Source: Vicugna vicugna (Eukaryota). Taken from it: a DNA stretch of 20,744 bases. Every line of letters starts with the position of its first letter. Positions within the stretch are counted from its first letter, which is position 1. The notes beneath the pieces were generated by a model. The model was not told where the DNA came from, ran no database searches, and saw only the letters and a list, made by a program, of their open reading frames with translations. Location: positions 1,975,062 to 1,995,805 of the forward strand of contig MU057809.1 of NCBI GenBank assembly GCA_013265495.1, given 5' to 3'. Of this stretch, positions 1 to 10,179 are shown piece by piece. The translations under genes were made by a program, and so were the position numbers.

Positions 1-866
1 TGATAGGTATGTAGTGATATCTCATTATGGTTTCACTTTGGTCTCGTGATTATTGATGCTGAATGTCTTTTGATGTCTGTTCATGATGTTTGCCCATTGG
101 ATGATTAGATTTTCTTCTGTTGAGTTTCGAGAGTTCTTTGTATGTCCAGATACTTGTTCTTTGTTGGGTATGCGGGTAGCAAATGCCTTCTCCCAGCCAG
201 CAGCTTATCTTTTCATCCTCTTAACAGGGTCTTTACAGAGCAAAAGGTTTTAATTTTGATAAAGTCCAACTTAACAATTTTTCCTTTATGGGTTGTTATT
301 TTAGAGTCAAGTCGAAGAATTCTTTGCCTGTCATTAGTTCCAGAAGATTTTCTCCTGTTTTTTCCTAAAACATACTGAGTTTTAAGCTTTACATTTAAGT
401 TTGTGACCCATTTTGAATTAATTTCTGCATAAAATGTAAGACTTAGGTTGATTTCCAGCCCCCCCAGCCCCCATAGTGGCCCAGTTGCTCCAGCTCTATG
501 TGTTGAAAAGGCTATTTTTTCACTTCATTTGTTTTTGCAACTTGGTCAAAAATAAGTTGGGTGGATAATTATATGTATATATTTCTGAGTTCTCTGTTTT
601 GTTCCATTTATATATGTGTCTGCTTCTCTGCCAATACTACACAGTCTTGATTATTCTAGTTGTACACTAGGCCTTAATATTGGGTCGAGTGATTCCTTTC
701 ATTTTGTTCTTCAGTGTTACATTGTTGTAGCTATTCTAGGTTCTTTGCTTTTTCATGTAAACTTTTGAGTCCTCTTGTCTGTGTCGACAATGTCTATGTT
801 TGTGCTGGGATTTTGATAGAAATCGTGTTAGATCAGTGAATCAATTTGGGGGAACGATTGACATTC
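1..866 (-). mobile_element. Ancient L1 (L1MC-like) ORF2 3' region, degraded, antisense; continues past the left edge
   Basis: Typical antisense L1 ORF2 blocks: 'gagttctttgtatgtccagatac', 'cagagcaaaaggttttaattttgataaagtccaac', 'tgtgttgaaaaggctatt', 'gctgggattttgatagaaatcgtgttagatc...tcaatttggggga'. No intact frame. Confidence 0.88.
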
Positions 867-869
867 TTT

Positions 870-1330
870 AATGAAAGGTTTGCTGGTCATGAATTCTTTT
901 GTTCTCTGTTCCGCTGTTTCAGAATGTTTTAATTTTTTCCTCCATTCCTCAAGGATAATTTTGTTGATATAGAAGTTATAGTTGACAGTTTTTTTCTTTC
1001 AGCAGTTAAGAAATGTGTCATTTCCTTCTGGCCTCCATGGTTTCTGCTGAGAAATCTGCTGTCATTTGAATTGTTATTCCTCTGTAACTAAAGTGCTATT
1101 TCTCTCTCACTGATTTCAGTAATTTTTTTTTAAGTTTTCATTAATTTGCCCTGGTATGGGTTTATTTGGGTTTATCCTGTTTGGGATTCATTCAGCTTCT
1201 TGAATCTGTAGATTTTGTTTTTCACTAAATTTAGGAAATATTTTAGTATCATTTCTTCAGATATTCTTTTTGCCCCACTAGCTTTCACCTCTCCTCCTGG
1301 GACTCCAATGATACAGATTTTGAATCTACT
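870..1330 (-). mobile_element. Ancient L1M ORF1-region fragment, antisense
   Basis: 'ggtttgctggtcatgaattc', 'gttgacagttttttctttcagca', 'cttctggcctccatggtttctgctgagaaatctgctgtca' and 'cagcttcttgaatctgtag...cctcctgggactccaat' resemble L1M ORF1 on the reverse strand. Confidence 0.8.
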
Positions 1331-1389
1331 ATCCAGTCAAACACTCCATAAACATAGGTGTCATCCTCGATGCCTCATTCACATTATAC

Positions 1390-2032
1390 CCGCATAGCAC
1401 TATTTTTCCTTCCAAACATCTCCCTAAAGTGTTCCTTTCTCTGTTTCTGCTGCTGCCACCCTGATCAATGCTGTCATGGTCTCTTCCTGGGACAACTGCA
1501 GTAGTTTTCTAACTGATCTAGTCTCACCTATTCTGGTCCCCTTCCAGTCTGTCCATTGCTCATTGCCAAAGGGATTTTTGAAAAACAAAAATAGTATCAT
1601 GTCACCCCATCTGCTTATCCTTCAGCACCTTCCCATTGCTGATTGGATAAAGACCAAACTCCTCACCATGGACTACGTCGTCCGGACTCCACCTCCCTGC
1701 TCTCCCCCATCCTTTCCTCTGAACGGTGAAAACCCTGCTTCCTCCCGCTGTGGGGCTTTGCCCTCGTTTCTTACTAACTCTGTTGCCCTTCGGATGTCTG
1801 CACAGGTGTCCTGTCCTCAGGGAGGCTGCCTTTGACTTCCGTGGAGACTGGGTGAGGACTTGTAGGCTTCCCTTGTCCTTCACGGTCCTTTACACACATA
1901 TAACTTTAATTCTGTGATAATCTGATTAATGTCTCTTTTTATTCCCCATCATTTTAACCTTGGTGCTGCAGAATGCTTATCATATAGTTGGGACTGACAT
2001 ATTTCTGAATGAGTGAATGAATGAAGTGAATG
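1390..2032 (+). mobile_element. L2 (LINE2) 3' fragment
   Basis: 'ctgctgccaccctgatcaatgctgtcatggtctcttcctgggacaactgcagtag', 'tcccattgctgattggataaagaccaaactcctcaccatgg', ending in the L2 tail 'tgaatgagtgaatgaatgaa'. Confidence 0.82.
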
Positions 2033-2047
2033 ACTGCTGTCAGATAG

Positions 2048-2252
2048 ACTGGGGTTGCGTCCTGACACTTAAGCTTGTTGTGTGACTGTTAGCAAGCTTT
2101 TACAGAGGTCAGTTTTTCTAAAAGTCTTTCTTCCTCATCTGTTAAGTGGGGGTACTTACTGTACATAACATAATAATATAAATGAAAGTACATAGTTTAG
2201 TGCCAGCCTGTGATGAGTACCAAAAATCATCAAATGATTATGATGATTATTA
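2048..2252 (+). mobile_element. MIR SINE, degraded
   Basis: Core-like 'tgtgtgact...gcaag...ttcctcatctgttaagtgggggtac', 3' part 'aatgaaagtacatagtttagtgcc', tail 'gattatgatgattatta'. Confidence 0.6.
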
Positions 2253-3954
2253 CAGAAGTGTTTGTAATTTCTGGTTTTCTAAAGTAAGTGAGTTTTCTAT
2301 GTGGATTTAAATTACTTTATCTGTCTTTAAGGGAAAAAATGATGGGACAGGGCTTAGCCTTGTGAGGGGCCCTTCTGGGCTCATTAAAAAAGAAAAAGTG
2401 CCCCTCCCACCCCTGCTAATCGTTCTTGTAATGCCGGTCTTTCCATATATTTCTCTGCATTAGTTTCTGGTTGCCTTCAACATGTCTCCTCCATAATGGG
2501 CTATATGAGGAGAATGATTTAGTGGTGACTTTGGAACCTGAACTTAGACACATTCCAGGTACGTGGGCCCCAGAGTTCTTCCTTTATCCCACTCCAGGCA
2601 TCCATAAGCTCAGGACCATTTCCCCATCTTTGGCTGTATGCATAAAGTACCTGGGCCAAAATGTACCTCAGCTTTACAATTTACTTATTTGTCGGTTCAG
2701 TTTTGTAGTATATTTTTACAAAATAACTTGTAACTTTATATTGTATATTAAATTACTCCTTATCCGGAGAGAATATGCATTTATATGATTTCTTTCCTTT
2801 AGAATTTGACACTGAACTATAGTTTCCGTTGAGTGTTTTTAAAATAATGTACTTTGTGTTGCTAAGGCTAACAGTATTACTGACTGAAGGTGCAGTAGAG
2901 GAAGACTTCTGAAAGAAAGGAGGGCACAAACCCTTACAGAGACTGAGCCAGAAAATTCGAGTGTGGTGGAGACAATGCTGTAAGGGAGGCACAACTGGAG
3001 AGCTCCCCAGGGCAAGCTGGAATCGTGCCCCCACTTCACAGTGGTTCGTAGAATTCTAAGGACAAACTCTGTAGTGCCCTTTTAGGTTTGTGATGCAGTT
3101 CTGCTTCTGGGATGAAGCAGAGGCCCTCATGTCACGTTTGTCACCTGTGACAATGGATGGCATTCTCTGGAGGTAACCATAACTTTTCCAACATTTTTAT
3201 AACACTTGCAAATTCAACTGTGAATAAAATCATTGTGCTTTCTCTCTGATACCGGCTAAATTCTGAGGGCTCACCCGGAGGACAAGGGGAACACTATTCT
3301 TTCACAGACAGGATTCTGACCGAGTTGGTGTCCTAACCTCAAGAACTGAGTGGCGTTATCTTGTCAGTTGGATGCTCTAGCCGGGGCTGTGAGCTCAGCC
3401 GTGTGCTGGCTCTGGCAGGTGTACCCTTCTTCATCCGCTCTTATCTCAGAATGAGTGTATCTGCTTTTTGAGCCATGTTCCAGTCTGCAGTTCATATGAA
3501 ATTGCTTGTCATTCTTGCTTGTCATGTAAAATAATAACTGGCTCCTTTCTGTTGTAGCATTTGTTGGTAATGGCAGAACTATCCAAATGATTATGATAAT
3601 CTGTCAAGAGGATTACACAAAGTATTCCCCCACCCCCGGCTCCATAGCACAGTTGAATTGAACAACGTAGAGGGAATTTTCATAGCTTAGGATTTTGGCT
3701 AATGATTTACTGTGTCTTTAAACTGATGCGAAATGACCGGAGGCATTGCGTTTTTAAAGTTGGAAATATTTACACATCATCCACGGTAAACATTATGTGC
3801 CATCAAATTCTTTTTTGTTCGTATCTTTTCTCTAGTTCCCTTGATAAATATGCTTTTAAAAATCGTTGTCTTTGTTGTTCCCTGCCTTTCCCTGTCTCTG
3901 TACTTATATGATCAAGGATGTGAAAACATATATGTAGTTAGTAAATATGACTTT

Positions 3955-4243
3955 AAGGAAAGACATAAAATGTTGATAAATGTGGTTACACCTGGGTGCT
4001 GGAATTTGGGATACTTTTTACTTCTTTATACTTCGCTTCACGGAGAGCATGTATTTATTTATTTATTTTTGCAGGGTGGGGATGGTGGTGGTGTAGTTAG
4101 GTTTATTTATTTATTTACTTAATGGAGGCGCTGGAGACTGAACCCAGGACCTCGTGCATGCTAAGCATACACTCCACTGCTGAGCTATATCCTCCCTGCC
4201 AAGAGCGTGTATTTTTAATAAAGTCAGTAAAAATTAGTAAAAA
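3955..4243 (+). mobile_element. Ancient L1ME/L1MC-type 3' end, interrupted by a vic-1 SINE
   Basis: 'aaaatgttgataaatgtggttacacctgggtgctggaatttgggatactttttacttc ... gagcatgtattt ... aataaagtcagtaaaaa' resembles the L1ME 3' terminus. Confidence 0.55.
4057..4201 (-). mobile_element. Camelid tRNA-Ala-derived SINE (vic-1 type)
   Basis: Reverse strand reads gggaggatatagctcagcagtggagtgtatgcttagcatgcacgaggtcctgggttcagtctccagcgcctcca, then an A-rich tail. TSD agagcatgtattt (4044-4056) / agagcgtgtattt (4202-4214), one CpG-type mismatch. Confidence 0.92.
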
Positions 4244-7200
4244 CATCTGTAAGATTTTTCTATAATAAGCACATATTTCATAGTAGAAAAATGCTTTTAA
4301 AGTTGTTAATAATTAAAAACACAGTAAAGTTCTGTATATTGAGCAGCATCTGAGTTGAAGCTAAACACCACTTATATTCTCTTAAGAAAGAAAATATTTT
4401 TACTTATGAACTTAAGAGCCACACTCATGGGCATGTAAGAGTTGTTGCCCATTATGTGTTCGGTTTATATAAAAACTACCTGGTGAAACAAACCAGCTAC
4501 AACTGGTTTTTGGAGAAATGGGCTTAGATGTTCCTTTACTTGAGAGGGTTTATTTGCTTTTAGGTGATACTTTATCATAGTAAGTTCTTTTAAAATTGTT
4601 ATCTTACTAAAATACAATGTAAATCATAGCTTATGTTTCACAGCAATCAAGATTCCTTAGAAACAAATTTTGTTGAACCCTTTTTAAGAATTTGTCTTAT
4701 AATCAATTTCTTTGTTAGTGATTTCTTTCTACTTTTTTATATTTATAAATTGAGATGTGACTAAAGAAACACTTAACTTAATGGTAAAACGTCTTAAATT
4801 AGACAGTGTTTAATTAAAACTTATTCTCCAAATGAAACCTTAGTTACTTTTCCTTAGTTAGCTTAGACTTTATTAGTTTATTTACTGGAACGATGCTTAG
4901 AGACATCTGAAGCTGTGTCACAAGTTGATAAGAGCTCTTGCTTTTATGTAATTTTCAGACTTTCTAGCTTTCTGATTGTCATACGTAGGTGACATTGTCA
5001 TTGCTGTTACGTTTCTTCATTGAAGATTGTAAGCAGTTCTTTGCTACAGCCATTTACAATGGTATAAAATATACCCAAGAAATGAATAGTTATCTCAGTA
5101 TTTTTGAAAGGAAAGAAAAAAGCAGAGAATCATTTGTTCAAGTTGTGAACGAGTTCATATATATGTTTAACATTTTTTCATTCTTACCTCATGTGATATT
5201 CCTTTTGTCCAAGAGGAGTGTATTTCCTTTTACTGCTAGTGAAATACGATTTTCTCATTCCCAATGATCCGTTTTCTGGAAGGATAGAAACAGAAATTGG
5301 TTTACAGAATTCTGGGGGCTGTTTACACACTTTGGACTTTTCTCTAATTACATGGAGTTATCAAAAACTTACTAACAATATGTTGTTAGGTTTAAAGATT
5401 GATTTTTCTGATCATGTGATTACATACAGGTTGATTTTGAATTTGGAATTCTGTGTCAGTTAGGTGATCCCATCAGAAGTTCTTTGGACATTAAGACTTG
5501 AAGCAGACAGCATTAGGTTATGTGCACTTCTTCAGTGTTTTAGAATGTTTGTGGAGAGCTTGCCCACGTAGCTGTGGTTTAGTGTTCCCGGTAGGGCTGA
5601 TGTCTAGGTCGTTTCCCAGGGGGAGTGTGTGCGTGTGTGTGAGCGCGGCGCTTCTCTCCTGCTGCCGTTCCTGCAGACTTTGTATTCTCCATTTAGTGCC
5701 TGATTATTTAAGGATTCTCTGAGCACTTTGCTTGAAGTCTGTTTTTCTCTCTTAGCCACTGACAGCAAAACACATCTGCCTGAGTGAGGCCCCTTTGATC
5801 TGCAGAGAGCTTTATCTAACGGGAGATTAAAAAGAAGTCTGTCAGGCGTTTTCCCAGGGAAATTGAAGGTGCTTCCTGAGATTCCAGATCAGGTGAAGCT
5901 TCTCTGAAATAAGATGTTGGGAAACAGCTGTGCTGATCAATGGCTTAATCGTTGGCTAGGGATTTCAGAGATCTTGGCTTGGTGTGAGGAAATATTTTTA
6001 ATTTCACTTCAGGCACAAAATTCATACAATTGTATTGACAGGCAGAAGCAGCTGCCTTTCAGTCGTTCTGCTGTATGTCACACTGCTCACGTCCACGCGA
6101 CCTCGGCCTTGCTGGGGCCTGACGCCTTTGGAAGGCTTTTCTGAAGCTAGAGTTTAAAAATTTCAAAAATGTACATGCCAACCCTCCTCCCTCCTTTAAA
6201 CAAATGTGTACAGAATGCTTCTGCAGTGCCGTCTCCGGGTTTGTGCCATCACTGCTGCTAGGAGCAAACCTGGCAGGTACAGGGTCGGATGTGCTTCAGG
6301 CTTCAGAGCCAGAGAACTGTCCTGAGAAAACTGCACACAGCTGTTGGGAGATCTCTTGAAGGGCCCAGTTTTGGTAAAGAAATATAAAATCTGTAATCAA
6401 ACTAAATTTAATTTCTGATTTACTATGAATTTAGCCTTTTAAAAAGTTAGAGCTAGGGACAGCTAATGAACGGTTAATTTATAACAAAGTATGTCCTCAA
6501 AAAGTCTGCTTTGAGGCTCTTATTCAGTCAGTTAGAAAATCTTGGGGAGAAGGTGATAACTGGGTACAGTGGACACTTTCTGTTGAGTCTGGGGATGTGA
6601 AAGGAGAGGAAACAATACGAAAATCTAATGAAGGGTTACAGTCTGATTTCTGAAATAAATGGTTGAAAGGATACAGAAAATAAGGAACTGACAGGAGAAT
6701 CAAGCTTTCCAAAATTCTTTTCAGAAATTTCAGGCTTTTTATGAAATTTTAAGAAGTGGCTTAGCTTTATGTTCTTCCATTTTGAGTGGCTTAGAAGAAA
6801 ATACCATATAAATGCAAATTTCTGCTTTTCTGAATAATTTCTGAATAATTTGTTCACCTTGAATCATGTGCCTGAAGAGTTGGGAGAATCCAGAAGCTGC
6901 TTAAATAGCTGTTTATAGGCATGGCCTATAAATTATTCCTTTATAACCTAAACAATTTGCTGTGTTTGATAAGCAGCTGCCTTTCTTTCCTCCTCCTTAT
7001 TTACACCCCAAATTAGTCTCACAGTCGACCGAGAAGAACCTGTCAACATCTGGCAATTATTCCATCTGCTTGAGGACTACTGGTATATGGGACTTTAGTT
7101 GCTATTAGTTGATAACATTTTGATGTCCTTCATTTCATTAATTAGTTTAGAAAAACAATTTGGATTTCATATACAAGTGCTTGCTAATTACTTGAGTCAC

Positions 7201-8359
7201 GAGAAGACTGAGAGAGGTCCAAGTGTCCTGTTAATTCCTTTGAGTCTGAAAATTTTCTTCTAATTGGTTTGGCAAGGAGAATAAGTGAGATTAGTTGCTA
7301 ATGATGAGATAAGTATGTAATTTTAGTGTGATATAAAGCTGTGATTGTCAGTAAGTGATATTGGGAATCTAGATTATTTTTATTAGACCTTGTTTCTTGC
7401 TGCAAGAATCATTATCATCTCCTGATATTGTAAATTGGGTTATTTCACACTATTATTTTTAATATGTGTTAATCCTCAAACTATAGGAACTTAGAACCTT
7501 TCTAATTAAGGAGTCACTAATAAAGTCAGCAATATGAGCAGTCAGTTTAGATTCTTTAATTCAGATGAAATTCAATTTTACTTATTTACACTTTGTTTTC
7601 AGTTTGACTGAGATGTTTGAAGTCAGTCAAGATAAGAAATGTTGTCAACTTAACACAGGCCAGCGTAGTTTGTGTTCAAGTGAAGGACAAGTGACATTGC
7701 AAAGGAATAGATAAAATACAACTTCTAGTAGGCGAGAACAAAATGAGCTTTGTATTATGGTTTAACTTTTTATAGTCCGTTTGGCTTTCTGTTTTTAACA
7801 TGAGACTTGCCTGATGATACTAGTTTGAAACATTCTCGGACTTTAAATTTCAATTGTAACACGAGGTTTCTCTGAAACAAATATTGAAGTATTTGATTTG
7901 CAGAAGAGGCTTTTTTTCTCCTTAAAAAAATCAAGCTCTTCAAATTATCCATAGCCACAGTCACTTTTACTTGAAGCATGCGTGTCGTCTTGAACATTTT
8001 TCTGTTTTTCACTTTTGTGGTCTTTACATCCTTCTTTTTGCACTTCGGCTTCCAGCGAACAGGAGTGCTTTTCTGTCCTTTGTCCACGTCTCCTTCTCCA
8101 TTGTGTTTTGGGTTAGTAAACTCATACTTCCCTCCACTACCTTTTTTTTTGGCAAAAAGGATTGTAAGTATTATTTTGCGTCTCTTGTTTTATGATATCT
8201 ACAAAATTCCATTTTTAGCTTTAAAATTAATTTTTTCCTTCCTGAAGAGATTTACTGTGTAATTACAGGGACAAGGCTAGTAAGTTAGAAAACAGTACAT
8301 GATAAAGTTAATTTGTAAGGATATTTTGAAGGAACAGTTTAGAACTTTAGCTTAAATTA

Positions 8360-8455
8360 CTCAATTTACATTGGAAGAAATTGAAGCCGGTGACGTGCCT
8401 GAGTTACGCAGCTGGCTAACGGAGCCAGCATCAGGACGTGGGCTGACGTGCGCGT
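8360..8455 (-). mobile_element. MIR core remnant, antisense
   Basis: 'caatttacattggaagaaattgaagcc..gtgacgtgcctgagttacgcagctggctaacggagccag' parallels the MIR core antisense (cattttacagatgaggaaactgaggc...gtgacttgcccaaggtcacacagctag). Confidence 0.55.
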
Positions 8456-8619
8456 TGGAGTTGTTGGCAGCACTTAGGGAAGAGGTGCTCATGAGCGTCA
8501 CTGATGGGTGAAAATGACCGACCTTTACGTTTGGCCCTTTCCCTCCCTCTTCCTCTTCCCCTTCTTCTTGCTACTGTTCCTTCTCCACCATTAACCAACA
8601 TCATCAGTGTTGTTACCCC

Positions 8620-8825
8620 TTGTATTTGAATGGCTTCTAATGGTTTAAAAAATATTTTCGTGTACACCAGTTTACTTGAGCGTCTCAGAAACCTGTGAGG
8701 TAGGTCAAGATTGGCTGATCTATGCTGAGAAAGCGTATCTACAAATCAGTGAAACAGTCTGCTGAAGTAAGCGAAGCAAGACCTCAACCCCAAACGTGCC
8801 GCTCCAGGCCTTCCCCACTGCCCGT
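8620..8825 (-). mobile_element. MIR remnant, antisense
   Basis: 'tgtatttgaatggcttctaatggtttaaaaaatattttc...ctcagaaacctgtgaggtagg' resembles the MIR 3' end on the reverse strand. Confidence 0.5.
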
Positions 8826-9449
8826 CAGAAAGCTGGTTCTGTCCCAGGTCCTTCCCCAAAGCAGGGAATCATTTAGAACATGTAGAAAATGAGGAGTGAA
8901 ATTGTGTTTAAATACTTATTATAATTACTTGGCTTGTGCGTTTAAAAAAATGCTTTATAAATTTACGTCTTTAATAATCCTTGTAGATTTGTATTGTATG
9001 CACTATTGGAAGTTAGACAGCATAAACACACATCTAGGCTGGTTTGAAGGATATCTTTGTGAAGTTCTTAAACCCTGAGGACCACCCTTCTCTAGATGGG
9101 TCTCTTGGGTGAAGTGGGGTGTTGATAGTCCTCAACGCCTCTACAAAAGCCTTTTGAATTCTACTGTGTGCTTCCATGTGCTTATTCGTTACTACATTCC
9201 CCCCCTTGATTCAGCTACTAATATATCTTGAATTATTACTTTTTTTAATTTTATATTTCTAGTTACCTTAGTTCTGCTTCTAGCTTCTTCTTCCTAAACA
9301 GAGCCCTGGCTCCCCAAATAAGGTGCTAATGTGTATGATTGTGTTCAGAGTACATGATAGGAACCAGGTGATCATTTCAGACCATTGTAGTGTCTTCATT
9401 TATTTTTCTTAGGCTGTTTTCCCAAATTTGTATATATTCCTAGCTACCA

Positions 9450-9495
9450 CAGTGATGAAGGATAGTGGAAGGACCTTGGCTTTCAAGTCAGAATG
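9450..9495 (+). mobile_element. Possible MIR 5' head, cut off by the adjacent L1
   Basis: 'tagtggaaggaccttggctttcaagtcagaa' resembles the MIR head (tagtggaaagagcactggact..gagtcagaa). Short match. Confidence 0.35.
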
Positions 9496-9496
9496 A

Positions 9497-10138
9497 TTTT
9501 TGTTTTAAATTTTTATTGAAATATAGTTGATTTACAATGCTGTGTTAGTTTCTGGTATATAGCATAATGATTTAGCTATATGCATATTCTTTTTCATTAT
9601 AGGTTATTATAAGATACTGGATATAGTTCGTTGTGCTACACAGTAGGTCCTTGTTGTTCATATATAGTAGTTTGTATCTGCTAATCCCAAACTTCTGATT
9701 TATCTCTCTCCCCTTTTCCCCTTTGGTAAACATTAGTTTGTCATCAGTTTGCCCTCTATGTCTGTGAGTCTGTTTCTGTTTTGTAAATTAGTTCATTTGT
9801 ATCATTTTTTTAGATTCCACATATAAGTAGTATTATATGATATTTGTCTTTCTCTGACTTACTTCACTTAGTATGATAATCTCTAGGTCCATCCATACTG
9901 CTGCAAATGGCATTATTTCATCCTTTTTTTATGACTGAGTTGTATTCTATTATATATATAAACCACTTCTCCTTTATCCATTCATCTGTCAGTGGACATT
10001 TAGGTTGCCTCCATGTCTTGGCTATTGTAAATAATGCTGTGAACATTGGGGTGCATGTGTCTTTTCAAATTAGAGTTCTCCCCAGATATATGCCCATGAG
10101 TGGGATTGCTGGATCATATGGTAACTCTATTTTTAGTT
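9497..10138 (-). mobile_element. Intermediate-age cetartiodactyl/camelid L1, 5'-truncated (3' UTR plus ORF2 C-terminus)
   Basis: T-rich tail, then 'ttttattgaaatatagttgatttacaatg', 'tagattccacatataagt', 'ctctaggtccatccat', 'gtggacatttaggttgcctccatgtcttggctattgtaaataatgctg', 'gagtgggattgctggatcatatggtaactctatttttagtt'. Confidence 0.93.
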
Positions 10139-10179
10139 GAAAACAATCCTTTAGTTTAATACCTTAGTTAAAAACAATC

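Noticed and set aside
1476..1917. Overlapping ORFs up to 119 aa
   Set aside because: They lie inside an L2 fossil, with no recognisable protein and no splice context.
3558..3622. Possible + strand exon after ctcctttctgttgtag
   Set aside because: The donor (AA|gtattc) is weak and the peptide is unrecognised.
7770..8087. 105-aa lysine-rich ORF as a standalone CDS
   Set aside because: GTG start, no known homolog, and an A-rich strand is naturally stop-poor. Kept only as part of the decayed-exon hypothesis.
8535..8590. Polypyrimidine tract / H-DNA candidate
   Set aside because: Short and imperfect; likely a degenerate low-complexity tail next to a MIR.
9907..10140. 77-aa hydrophobic ORF
   Set aside because: Antisense reading of the L1 ORF2 C-terminus, a common artefact. 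The same applies to the ORFs at 142, 1215, 13027, 14546, 14970 and 16115.
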